Origin: Alphaproteobacteria bacterium
Lineage (GTDB): Bacteria > Pseudomonadota > Alphaproteobacteria > GCA-2731375
Length of the DNA: 64,000 bases
Reading direction: 5' to 3'
Assembly: GCA_030752605.1 (NCBI GenBank)
Contig: JASMDX010000075.1
Location: 17,086-81,085 of the forward strand
The position numbers and the translations under genes were made by a program. How positions within the stretch are numbered: position 1 is the stretch's first letter; each line of letters starts with the position of its first letter. This document shows, piece after piece, positions 28,943-37,919 of this stretch. Under the pieces are notes generated by a model that saw only the letters and a list, made by a program, of their open reading frames with translations, did not search any database and was not told where the DNA came from.

Positions 28943-29956
28943 CTAGCCCTCCAACAATTCTTGCACCGCCGCGCGCACATGCGCCTCATCATCGGTGTTG
29001 TCGATAGGGTTGCCCGCGCGGTGGCCCCAGATGGATTCGATGGGCCGGAACTCAGCGTTCGGCATTTGCGTGCATTCGGCCTCGCTATCCTCGGGCGTGA
29101 AGTAGAGATCCGTGCGCGAGGGCATGATCATGGCGCGGGCCTCGATGGCGCCCAGGGCGGTGGCCAGATCGCCGTTATAAATCTCGTTGTCAGATATATC
29201 TGAATCGTACCAGACCGCCAGCATGGCAAGCAGATCATCGCCATTGCGGCGCAGGAAATTTGCCTCCCAGCCGCGCACCAGATAATCCTCCAACGAGGCG
29301 AAACCCAGCTCCAGGTGCTTTTCCTGACGATAGAAGGCTTGGCTCATGGCCCAACCGGCATACAAGCGCCCCATGGCGCGCAAGCCACGCACGGGCCGGG
29401 CGGTGAAGCCACTCTCCTGCCAGGCCGGATCGGCGGTCAAGGTGGCGCGCACACCTTCGAGGAAAACCTTGTTATGGGGCGTGGTACGTGCCGAGCCGCA
29501 GACGGCGCAAATGGCGTCTACTTGATCCGGGAAGATGGCGCCCCAATGCAGGGCTTGTTGGGCGCCCATTGACCAGCCATAGACGAGAGCCAGATGCTCG
29601 ATTCCAAAATTTTCTTTTAGCAAGCGGTTCTGGGCCTGCACGTTGTCCCAATGGCTGAAGCGGGGAAAGCGCCCCATGCCATAGGGTTCCGCGATGTTGG
29701 AGGGAGAGGAAGAGAGTCCGTTGCCGAACATGTTGGGGATGATGATGAAGTACTTTTCTGGATCCAGGATACCGCCCGGACGGATCAACCATTCGATATC
29801 GATATGCTGGGCGCCATACGAGGTGGGATAGAGCACCACGTTGGATTTATCCGCCGCCAGTTTGCCATAGGTTTGATAGGTCAATTGCGCATTGGTCAGG
29901 GTCATGCCCCGCTGTAGGCGCAGATTGTCCAACTCGAAAACCTTGTAATCGTCCAT
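28943..29956 (-). CDS. alpha/beta-hydrolase, homoserine O-acetyltransferase (MetX)-like
   Basis: 337 aa. …LALVYGWSMGAQQALHWG… nucleophile elbow in MetX-like context. First gene of the minus-strand operon. Confidence 0.65.
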   Translation of the reverse strand: MDDYKVFELDNLRLQRGMTLTNAQLTYQTYGKLAADKSNVVLYPTSYGAQHIDIEWLIRPGGILDPEKYFIIIPNMFGNGLSSSPSNIAEPYGMGRFPRFSHWDNVQAQNRLLKENFGIEHLALVYGWSMGAQQALHWGAIFPDQVDAICAVCGSARTTPHNKVFLEGVRATLTADPAWQESGFTARPVRGLRAMGRLYAGWAMSQAFYRQEKHLELGFASLEDYLVRGWEANFLRRNGDDLLAMLAVWYDSDISDNEIYNGDLATALGAIEARAMIMPSRTDLYFTPEDSEAECTQMPNAEFRPIESIWGHRAGNPIDNTDDEAHVRAAVQELLEG

Positions 29957-30050
29957 TTTTGTGCTCCCTCCACTGCTTATCCTATCGCCAGCGGGCGGAG
30001 TGGTCCAATATGATCGCCTGCAATTCGTATTTCAGAGGGCCCCGATTGCC

Positions 30051-31964
30051 ATGACCAAGCCAAAACCAGCATCGCCGACCACCCAGGCAGCGCAAAAGGC
30101 TGTGCTGGAAGCTCTGCCGTTTGAAGATCAATTCGATTTCGAGCAGGCTCAGCGCGGTTTTATTGCCGCCGTGCCCGATGGCCAGGTCACGAATGCGCGC
30201 GGCGCTGAACTTTGGGATTTGCAGGCGTACGATTTTCTGAACCAAGGCGAGGCGCCTGATACGGTCAATCCCAGCCTCTGGCGCATGGCACAATTGAACA
30301 TGAATAACGGCCTCTACAAGGTGTGTGAGCGGGTCTATCAGCTACGTGGCATCGATCTGGCCAATATGACGATCATTGAAGGCGACAGCGGCCTGATCAT
30401 CGTCGATCCCATGACCACGGCCGAGGTGGCAGGCGCTGGGTTGGATCTGTATCATGCCCATCGCCCGGAAAAACCGGTTGTCTGCGTGATCTACTCTCAC
30501 AGTCATGTGGATCACTATGGCGGCGCCATGGGTGTGGCCAGTGCCGAGGATGCCGCATCTGGCAAGGTCAGCGTGATCGCGCCGGATCAGTTTGTCGAGG
30601 AATTAAGCGGCGAAAATGTCATCGCCGGCAATGCCATGATGCGCCGGGCACAGTTCCAGTTCGGCGGTTTGTTGCGCAAGGGAGCGTGCGGCCAGGTTGA
30701 TGCCGGCCTGGGCAAGGTCACGGCGCGGGGTCGGGTGACCTTGATCTCGCCGACATTAGTGATAACCGAGCCAACGGAAACTCATGCCGTTGATGGCGTG
30801 GAGATAGTCTTTCAACTGGCCCCGGATTCAGAGGCGCCGGCGGAAATGCATATGTTCTTGCCGCAATTCGGTGTCTTGAATATGGCGGAGAACACCACGC
30901 GCCTGCTACACAACTTTATTCCCTTTCGAGGCTCGGTCGCGCGCGACCCGCGCATCTGGTCGCGGCATATCTCCGATGCGATCACGATGTTTGGTGACCG
31001 GACCGAAGTTCTGATCGGCCAGCATCACTGGCCCACATGGGGCCGGGACGAGGTTAGGGCCTATTTGGAAAAGCAGCGGGATCTGTACAAATATATTCAC
31101 GACCAGACAGTCCGTTTAATGAACCATGGCCTCAACCGTGAGGAAATCTCCGAGGAGCTGGACCTGCCTCCCGGTCTGGATCAGGAATGGTCCGTGCGCG
31201 GTTACTACGGCAGCGTCAGCCATAACGCCAAGGCTGTCTATCAGCGATATCTCAGCTGGTATGATGCCAACCCGGCCAATCTGAACCAGTTGCCCCGGCG
31301 CGAAGCCGGAAGAAAGATGGTCGAATATATGGGCGGCGCCGAGGCGCTGCTTTTTCGTGCTCAGGCGGATTTCGGGGTTGGGGAGTACCGTTGGGTGGCG
31401 CAAGTGTTGAGCCATCTGGTCTTTGCCGAGCCGGAAAATATGGCAGGGCGGCAACTATTGGCAGATACCTTTGAACAACTCGGTTATCAGGCGGAAAGTG
31501 CGACCTGGCGTAACGCCTATCTGTATGGCGCGCAGGAACTGCGCCACGGCTTGGCCAAACTGCCTCCGCGCCGGATGATCAGCCCGGACATGCTGACCGC
31601 GCTGAGCGGTGGGGCGCTGTTTGATTTCATGGCCGTGCGTCTGAATGGCGCCAAGGCCGCCGGCCTGCGCTGGCGGATCAACTGGCATTTGAGTGACATC
31701 GACGAACGCCTGATGATGAACCTGCAGAATTGCACCATGACGTACATGCCTGGCGAGGTGGCGGACGACGCGGCTGCGTCCGTGCGGGTCAGCCGCGAGG
31801 TGCTGGTGGCGGTAAACGTGCGTAAGACCAATGTGACAGAGGCCTTGGCCGCCGGCGAAATGGAAATCAAAGGTGATCCGGCGCTGGTCGTGCGGCTTTT
31901 CGAAATATTGGATGATTTTGATATGATGTTCGATGTCGTCGCACCCAGTCTGAAGGGAGAGTGA
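30051..31964 (+). CDS. alkyl/aryl-sulfatase, SdsA1-type (MBL fold + dimerisation + SCP2-like C-terminus)
   Basis: …VIYSHSHVDHYGGAMGV… HxHxDH metallo-beta-lactamase motif. ~640 aa, three-domain architecture. A longer start at 29961 is possible. Confidence 0.75.
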   Translation: MTKPKPASPTTQAAQKAVLEALPFEDQFDFEQAQRGFIAAVPDGQVTNARGAELWDLQAYDFLNQGEAPDTVNPSLWRMAQLNMNNGLYKVCERVYQLRGIDLANMTIIEGDSGLIIVDPMTTAEVAGAGLDLYHAHRPEKPVVCVIYSHSHVDHYGGAMGVASAEDAASGKVSVIAPDQFVEELSGENVIAGNAMMRRAQFQFGGLLRKGACGQVDAGLGKVTARGRVTLISPTLVITEPTETHAVDGVEIVFQLAPDSEAPAEMHMFLPQFGVLNMAENTTRLLHNFIPFRGSVARDPRIWSRHISDAITMFGDRTEVLIGQHHWPTWGRDEVRAYLEKQRDLYKYIHDQTVRLMNHGLNREEISEELDLPPGLDQEWSVRGYYGSVSHNAKAVYQRYLSWYDANPANLNQLPRREAGRKMVEYMGGAEALLFRAQADFGVGEYRWVAQVLSHLVFAEPENMAGRQLLADTFEQLGYQAESATWRNAYLYGAQELRHGLAKLPPRRMISPDMLTALSGGALFDFMAVRLNGAKAAGLRWRINWHLSDIDERLMMNLQNCTMTYMPGEVADDAAASVRVSREVLVAVNVRKTNVTEALAAGEMEIKGDPALVVRLFEILDDFDMMFDVVAPSLKGE

Positions 31965-31968
31965 AACT

Positions 31969-32943
31969 TTGACGGAAACAACGTACAGCATCGGTGTTAT
32001 CGGCCTCGGTATCATGGGGCGGCGGATGATCGCGAATGTGATCAAACATTTCCGCCTTGCTATCAGCGGCGCCTGGGATCCGGATTCCCGGGCCTGCGCG
32101 GACGCAGCGGCGGAAACGCCTGACCTGGCGATCATGGCGGATGCGGACGCGGTTATCGCGCGGGCGGATCTGATATACGTTGCCACGCCGCCTTTATGGC
32201 ACCGGGAATATGCGGACCGGGCCATGGTGGCCGAAAAGCCGCTCTATTGTGAAAAACCCCTGGGCATCGATGTGGAGAGCAGCCGCGATCTGGTGGCGAC
32301 CTTGGACAACAGCTATACGCCCAACGTAGTGAATTTCATCCAGGCATCATCTCGCGCCGTGACCTTGACCAAGGAGCGCGTCGACAACGGCGCCCTGGGT
32401 GAAATCATCGGCGTCGATATCATCGTACATTTTTCCCGCTGGCCTCGGGATTGGCAGGCAGACGCCGATTGGCTACGTTTTCGTGATCAGGGCGGCTATA
32501 CACGCGAGGTGTTGTCGCATTTTATCTTTGTCACCCAGCGTCTGTTGGGGCCGGCAGCCTTGATCACCTCCTGTCCGGTCTATCAGGATGATCCTGAATT
32601 GTGCGAGACGCATATTTCCGCCGTGCTCGATTGTGGTGGCGTGCCGATTTCGGTGTTGGGGACCAGCGGCGGGGCGGGACCCGACAGGGTGGAAATGACG
32701 GTCTGGGGCAGCGAGCGGAGTCACCGTTTGCATGATTGGTTCTTCCTTCAATCCAGCAACGGCGGTGACTGGATGCAGGAATTCCCAGAGGTCGAGGATC
32801 CGCGCGTTGAAAGTTTCGGCTTGCAATTGGACAATGTGGCGGCTTGGATGGACGGCGAACCCAATGTCCTAGCCAGTGCCGCCGATGCCCTGGGGGTGCA
32901 AGAACTGGTCGAGGCGATGTTGGGTGCTGAAATAGGCGAGTAG
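31969..32943 (+). CDS. Gfo/Idh/MocA family oxidoreductase
   Basis: TTG start with GAAGGGAGAG RBS. …YSIGVIGLGIMGRRM… NAD(P)-binding Rossmann. Confidence 0.65.
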   Translation: MTETTYSIGVIGLGIMGRRMIANVIKHFRLAISGAWDPDSRACADAAAETPDLAIMADADAVIARADLIYVATPPLWHREYADRAMVAEKPLYCEKPLGIDVESSRDLVATLDNSYTPNVVNFIQASSRAVTLTKERVDNGALGEIIGVDIIVHFSRWPRDWQADADWLRFRDQGGYTREVLSHFIFVTQRLLGPAALITSCPVYQDDPELCETHISAVLDCGGVPISVLGTSGGAGPDRVEMTVWGSERSHRLHDWFFLQSSNGGDWMQEFPEVEDPRVESFGLQLDNVAAWMDGEPNVLASAADALGVQELVEAMLGAEIGE

Positions 32944-32948
32944 ACGGA

Positions 32949-34013
32949 ATGGTGAGGGAAGACCATAGGCCCATTGAGGGGGCCTGCGCCTGGTTAGGTA
33001 CGGAGATGGTGGATAATTCGCGTTGGCGGTTAGTGCTGTCGAATGACGATGTCGCGGAACTAAAGGCCGCCTGCGCCTCGGTTCAACAGAGCGGTATTCC
33101 ATGGCCGCAGATGAGCAAGGCGGACTTTCCACTCGTGCATCTGCCTGCCAAGCTGGCGGATATGGCCGAGGAGTTGGAACATGGCAGCGGCCTGGCCAAT
33201 TTGTCCGGGTTGCCCGTTGAGGCCTTCGGCGATGGTTTGCGCCATGTTTGGTATGGCATCGGCTTGCATATGGGGCAGCCGGTGGAACAAGATGGCAATG
33301 GCCTGTTGATGCGCGATATCCAGGACGAAAGCCAGGATACCGACACCATATTTGGGCATAAATTAACGGCGCGGAATGGCAGTACCTTTACTTCGTCCAA
33401 GGCGCGCACACTGTCCAACAATCTGTTGCGCTTTCATACCGACCGTGCGGATGTGGTGGCGCTGTTATGTTTGCGTCAGGCACCGATTGGCGGGGTCAGT
33501 CGGATCGCTTCTTCGGCCACGGTCCACAATGTGATGTTAGGGCGGCACCCGGATTTGGCGGCGCTGTTATATGGTCCCTATCACCGCTCCCGCCTGGGCG
33601 AGGAACGCGGTGGTGAGGCCATGAGCTATGCCTTGCCTGTGTTCGGCCAACGGGACGGCCGCTTTACCTCGCATTATTCCCGCACCTATGTCGAAGCGGC
33701 CCAGGAAATGCCCGGTGTTCCAATTATGGAGGACCGCCATTGGCAAGCCCTGGATATGTTGAATGAGCTGGCGGATGAGTTATGCATGGAGATGACCATG
33801 CAGGCCGGTGACATGCAGTTCATCAACAATCATGTGATATATCACGCCCGCACGGCCTTTCAAGACCACCCCGGCAGCAGCGTCGACCAGCGCCGTTGTC
33901 TGCACCGTTTGTGGCTGTCCATGCCCAACAGCCGGCCCTTGCCGGAGGATCATGCGGTGCTATGGCAAAATGTCGAGGCCGGCGCCTTGCGCGGCGGCAT
34001 TATTCAGGGCTAA
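32949..34013 (+). CDS. Fe(II)/2-oxoglutarate-dependent dioxygenase, TauD/TfdA family (AtsK-like?)
   Basis: …LRFHTDRADVVALLCL… (HxD) and …NNHVIYHARTAF… (distal His). 354 aa. Confidence 0.7.
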   Translation: MVREDHRPIEGACAWLGTEMVDNSRWRLVLSNDDVAELKAACASVQQSGIPWPQMSKADFPLVHLPAKLADMAEELEHGSGLANLSGLPVEAFGDGLRHVWYGIGLHMGQPVEQDGNGLLMRDIQDESQDTDTIFGHKLTARNGSTFTSSKARTLSNNLLRFHTDRADVVALLCLRQAPIGGVSRIASSATVHNVMLGRHPDLAALLYGPYHRSRLGEERGGEAMSYALPVFGQRDGRFTSHYSRTYVEAAQEMPGVPIMEDRHWQALDMLNELADELCMEMTMQAGDMQFINNHVIYHARTAFQDHPGSSVDQRRCLHRLWLSMPNSRPLPEDHAVLWQNVEAGALRGGIIQG

Positions 34014-34021
34014 GACCTGAA

Positions 34022-34459
34022 CTATTCCGTCAGGGGCACGCCCGGTACCCAAAGATAGCCGTCCTGGTCGATAATATAGGCCTCGCGCAGGCCATGGGGC
34101 TTGTCCAGGGCGCCGGCCAAAACCTCGAAACCCAATTCCCGCGCCCGGGCCTCGGCGATATCGGGGTCACGGCCATATAGGCGCAATTCCGCGCCGATGC
34201 CGCGCGCCAGATCCTCATCCAGGCTACCCTTCAGGGGATGGCTGCTGTAGGTGTGGTCGGCGTGCAGCATCCATTCGGCGCCATAGCCGCGCAGGGCTGC
34301 AAAATCCGGGTCTGAATGCACCACTTCGGCGCCCAGAACCTCAATCTGGAACATTAGGGCGCCGGGAACATCACGCACCACCAGATTGACCCCTAAACCA
34401 CGCAGGCCACGGCCATATTCAGGAGCGGGCATCCAAGGAGTGCTGGTGGACAGCTTCAT
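34022..34459 (-). CDS. VOC (glyoxalase/bleomycin-resistance/dioxygenase) family protein
   Basis: 145 aa, paired βαβββ modules. Confidence 0.5.
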   Translation of the reverse strand: MKLSTSTPWMPAPEYGRGLRGLGVNLVVRDVPGALMFQIEVLGAEVVHSDPDFAALRGYGAEWMLHADHTYSSHPLKGSLDEDLARGIGAELRLYGRDPDIAEARARELGFEVLAGALDKPHGLREAYIIDQDGYLWVPGVPLTE

Positions 34460-34571
34460 AATTCATTCCTTTTGGGCCGTAATTTATAACGCCTTTAGCT
34501 TAAATTAAAAATGGCCCTTATAAAAGATCAATATATGATAATAATGTAGGGCCAATAATTTTAGAGAGGAT

Positions 34572-36086
34572 ATGACCATGCCTGGCGGCGCCAAATTACT
34601 GGCTCTTGACCTGGATAAAGACAATACGGGACCGCTTTATCGGCAGTTATACGACCTTTTACGCCTGATGATCCTGGATGGCCGTTTGCCATCGGGTAGC
34701 CGCTTGCCGGCCAATCGTGTCTTGGCCCAAGATCTGTCGCTGTCTCGCAATACGGTGGCCACGGCCCTGCAACAGCTTTTGGCCGAAGGATATGTGGAAA
34801 CCCGGCGAGGTGACGGTACCTATGTGGCCTCGGAATTACCCGATGACGTATTGGGCGGACCGGACTGCCACCAGCCTGACCGTCATGCCTACCGAACCGA
34901 GCAAGCGGATGATGTTGCCCGCCGCTATGGTCTTTCCCGACGCGGCCAAACCCTGGCGGCGATCAGCCGGGCCTCGGTGGGCAGTACCACGGCCTTTGCC
35001 CCCGGACCGGATATAGATGCTTTTCCTTTTGCCGTTTGGGCTCGCCTGTTGGCGCGCTTTTGGCGCCGCCCGGGTTCGGAATTGGCAATCAGCCGCGATG
35101 CCGGCGGTTATCCACCCTTGAAGGCGGCGATCGCGGCCTACTTGGGCGCCATGCGCGGCGTGCGCTGCGATCCCGGCCAGATCATCGTGGTCAGCGGGGC
35201 CCAGCAGGCGATCGGCCTGGCGGCCCAGGTTTTGCTGGATCATGATGATCAGGCCATGGTGGAGGAGCCGGGTTATGGCGGTATACGGGGCGCTCTGACC
35301 GCCGCTGGCCTGCGCATGGCGCTTGTGCCCGTCGATGAGGAAGGCATGGATATCGCCGCCGGCGAGGCCCGCGCGCCCATGGCGCGGCTGGCCTGTGTCG
35401 CGCCGTCGCACCAGCATCCCCTGGGCGTGGTGATGAGCCTGCGCCGGCGTTTGGCTCTGATCGAATGGGCCCGGCGGCGCCAGGGTTGGATTTTGGAAGA
35501 CGACTACGATAGTGAATACCGTTATGCTGGCCGGCCCCTGGCTGCCTTGCAGGGTTTGGACACCACGGGGCGGGTGATCTATGTGGGCAGCTTTTCCAAG
35601 GTGCTGTTTCCCGCCTTGCGACTGGGCTATCTGGTGGTGCCCCCTGATCTGGTGGATCCTTTCATTCGGGCCCGGCGGGTGCTGGACGATCATACCGCCA
35701 TGCTGGCTCAGCCGGTGCTGGCGCGGTTCATCGAGGATGGTCATTTCGCCGCCCATGTGCGCCGTATGCGCCGGCTGTACGCAGACCGTCAAGAAGCCTT
35801 GCTGAGCGCGGCAAAGGCTCATCTGAGCGGTTTGCTTAAGATCGATGCCGATGAGGCCGGCATGCATCTGATCGCCAGTCCGGCGTCCGGGTCAATGGGC
35901 GCGATGGATGACCGATCGATCGCCCAGGCGGCGGCCAAGGCCGGGGTCATGGTCATGGCCTTGAGCACGGCCTATGCCGGCAAGCCTGTGCGCCGGGGCT
36001 TGATACTGGGTTATGCCGCGCACGATGAAGACGCAATCGCGGCTGCCGCCCGGCGTCTTGGTGAAATCATGGCGGCCGCGGCATGA
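34572..36086 (+). CDS. MocR/GabR-type transcriptional regulator (GntR HTH + aminotransferase-like domain)
   Basis: N-terminal …PLYRQLYDLLRLMILDGRLPSGSRLPANRVLAQDLSLSRNTVATALQQLLAEGYVETRRGDGTYVA wHTH. ~400-aa fold-type-I PLP domain. GAGAGGA RBS. Confidence 0.8.
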   Translation: MTMPGGAKLLALDLDKDNTGPLYRQLYDLLRLMILDGRLPSGSRLPANRVLAQDLSLSRNTVATALQQLLAEGYVETRRGDGTYVASELPDDVLGGPDCHQPDRHAYRTEQADDVARRYGLSRRGQTLAAISRASVGSTTAFAPGPDIDAFPFAVWARLLARFWRRPGSELAISRDAGGYPPLKAAIAAYLGAMRGVRCDPGQIIVVSGAQQAIGLAAQVLLDHDDQAMVEEPGYGGIRGALTAAGLRMALVPVDEEGMDIAAGEARAPMARLACVAPSHQHPLGVVMSLRRRLALIEWARRRQGWILEDDYDSEYRYAGRPLAALQGLDTTGRVIYVGSFSKVLFPALRLGYLVVPPDLVDPFIRARRVLDDHTAMLAQPVLARFIEDGHFAAHVRRMRRLYADRQEALLSAAKAHLSGLLKIDADEAGMHLIASPASGSMGAMDDRSIAQAAAKAGVMVMALSTAYAGKPVRRGLILGYAAHDEDAIAAAARRLGEIMAAAA

Positions 36087-36171
36087 ACGCTTGCGATGCG
36101 CCAGTGCCCCGCCTATGTATTTCGCTGCGCCCCACGACAATTCACAATCAGGGGCAAGCTAGGAGAACACC

Positions 36172-36591
36172 ATGAGCGACGATATTTTGAACCCACATAG
36201 TGCCCTGGTTTATATCATGGTACTGGTCTCCGCCGCCGACAATGACATGACTGACCGGGAATTGAAACGCATTGGTGATCTGGTGCAAAACCTGCCCGTC
36301 TTCGACGATTTCGATACGGATGAACTGGTCCCCCTGGCTGAGGAATGCGCCGCCAAGCTGGGCCAGCCCGGCGGTCTGGATCAGGTGCTTGACCTGATCG
36401 TCGCCTCCCTGCCGGCGAAGTTGAGCGAGACCGCCTATGCCCTGGCCTGCGAGATTGCCGCCGCCGATCTGCATGTGGAGCAGGAGGAACTGCGCCTGTT
36501 GCAACAATTGCGCGACAGCCTGCAACTGGACCGCCTGATCGCCGCCGCCATCGAACGCGGTGTTCGCGCCCGGCATACCAGTTTGGATTGA
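36172..36591 (+). CDS. TerB-like (tellurite-resistance TerB / DjlA N-domain) protein
   Basis: 139 aa. …VYIMVLVSAADNDMTDRELKRIGDLV… and a second repeat …ALACEIAAADLHVEQEELRLLQQLRD…. Confidence 0.55.
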   Translation: MSDDILNPHSALVYIMVLVSAADNDMTDRELKRIGDLVQNLPVFDDFDTDELVPLAEECAAKLGQPGGLDQVLDLIVASLPAKLSETAYALACEIAAADLHVEQEELRLLQQLRDSLQLDRLIAAAIERGVRARHTSLD

Positions 36592-37421
36592 GCCAACAGC
36601 ACCTTGCGGCCGACGAGAACCTGCGGAACTTTCCTTTGGACAATGCATCGCAACAGGAGCTTGCGCGGTTGCTGGCAACCTTGCGCCGGGAAGGCCGGCA
36701 GCAGAGCGGCCTTGACCCAGTGTTGGTGCCGCCCAACAAAGCCGTGGCCTACGACGTCGCGAGAATGGTGGCCGAAGAATTGCGCTGGAAGGTCGCTGGA
36801 TGGAAAATCGCTGCGATCAAGGCGGAGATGCAACAGGCCTTGCGCACCGAAAGCCCGATTTATGGCCGGGTCTTCGCAGGACAAGTCAAGGCCTCGCCCC
36901 AGCACGTCGTGTATGCGGATTTGTGCAGCCCAATCCCGGAAGCCGAATATATGGCGTGCCTGGGCGATGACCTGCCGCCACGCGCCGTGCCCTATAGCGT
37001 TGAAGAAGTGACGGAAGCGGTAGCCTCCCTTCACCCGGGCCTCGAACTTGCCGAATGCCGCTTTGTCCATGACGAGCATTTTCCGCCGTTGGAGGCAATT
37101 CTGGCCGATGGCGCTGGTGGCAGCATGATCGTCCACGGCCCGGCCATCGAGAATTGGCGGGAACGTGATATTGCCGTCCAGCAGGTTGAACTTCGTTGCA
37201 ATGGCAAGCCACGCCGCCAAGGCACCGCCGCCGACGCCCTGGATCACCCCATGGTCCCGCTGACCTGGCTGGCCAACGAACTGTCCCGGACCGGCATCGG
37301 CATGAAGGCCGGACAGATGATCAGCACAGGCACCCTGACCGGCATGCTGGCCCCCAAACCCGGCCAGACCTTCGTCGGGGATTTCGGGCAATTTGGCGCG
37401 GTTACTGCAACCTATGAATAG
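36588..37421 (+). CDS. 2-keto-4-pentenoate hydratase family protein (MhpD/HpcG-like), paralog 1
   Basis: …AYDVARMV…VAGWKIAAIK…YGRVF… family pattern. TTG start overlapping the TerB-like stop (TTGA). Confidence 0.65.
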   Translation: MSQQHLAADENLRNFPLDNASQQELARLLATLRREGRQQSGLDPVLVPPNKAVAYDVARMVAEELRWKVAGWKIAAIKAEMQQALRTESPIYGRVFAGQVKASPQHVVYADLCSPIPEAEYMACLGDDLPPRAVPYSVEEVTEAVASLHPGLELAECRFVHDEHFPPLEAILADGAGGSMIVHGPAIENWRERDIAVQQVELRCNGKPRRQGTAADALDHPMVPLTWLANELSRTGIGMKAGQMISTGTLTGMLAPKPGQTFVGDFGQFGAVTATYE

Positions 37422-37432
37422 GGTGTGGCATT

Positions 37433-37450
37433 AAAGGGGCGCGTCCCTTT
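37433..37450 (+). terminator. putative intrinsic terminator hairpin AAAGGGG-CGC-GTCCCTTT followed by a pyrimidine-rich tract
   Basis: Immediately after the hydratase stop. 6-7 bp stem with a short loop. Confidence 0.35.
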
Positions 37451-37481
37451 CTTCCTATTCCCTTTGGTATTCCTCCACCAT

Positions 37482-37778
37482 TTAACGAATTGAAGAATGT
37501 TCAAAGTTTGCCGAACGAAGCGCCCCTCGAACCCATTCACCATCCTTTTCTAGTTCGCGCGTGGAACGACCTGTTTCGAGATAAGGTTCAATTAGCGGGT
37601 CTGCCCACTCCCGGATTTCTTTCACTGCAATACAAGCTTGGGTAATCAGTCGGTCTTTGCATTCTTCAAAAGTGTCACCGCCGACAGCGCGAACAGTAAA
37701 TGGAAAAGGACGAGATTCGCCATTGATGTGGAGGGGGTAGGTCATCGTCGCATAGGACCAAATTCCTGATTTGGTCAT
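37482..37778 (-). CDS. HicB-like antitoxin-family small protein (orphan; no HicA found)
   Basis: 98 aa. MTYPLHINGESRPFPFTVRAVGGDTFEECKDRLITQACIAVKE resembles the HicB N-domain (YP…V…G.T.EEa). Sits in a ~50% GC islet. Confidence 0.35.
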   Translation of the reverse strand: MTKSGIWSYATMTYPLHINGESRPFPFTVRAVGGDTFEECKDRLITQACIAVKEIREWADPLIEPYLETGRSTRELEKDGEWVRGALRSANFEHSSIR

Positions 37779-37919
37779 GACCGCTAATTGGCACTTTTGT
37801 CATCCCGTCGTCCACGTAAACTTCCAATAGCTCTAGCGATAACGCCCAACAGTGCACGTATATCTGGCTCTTCTGGCTTCGGATCGACAGGTAAGCTGTA
37901 GGCCTCCGACTTGTGTGCC

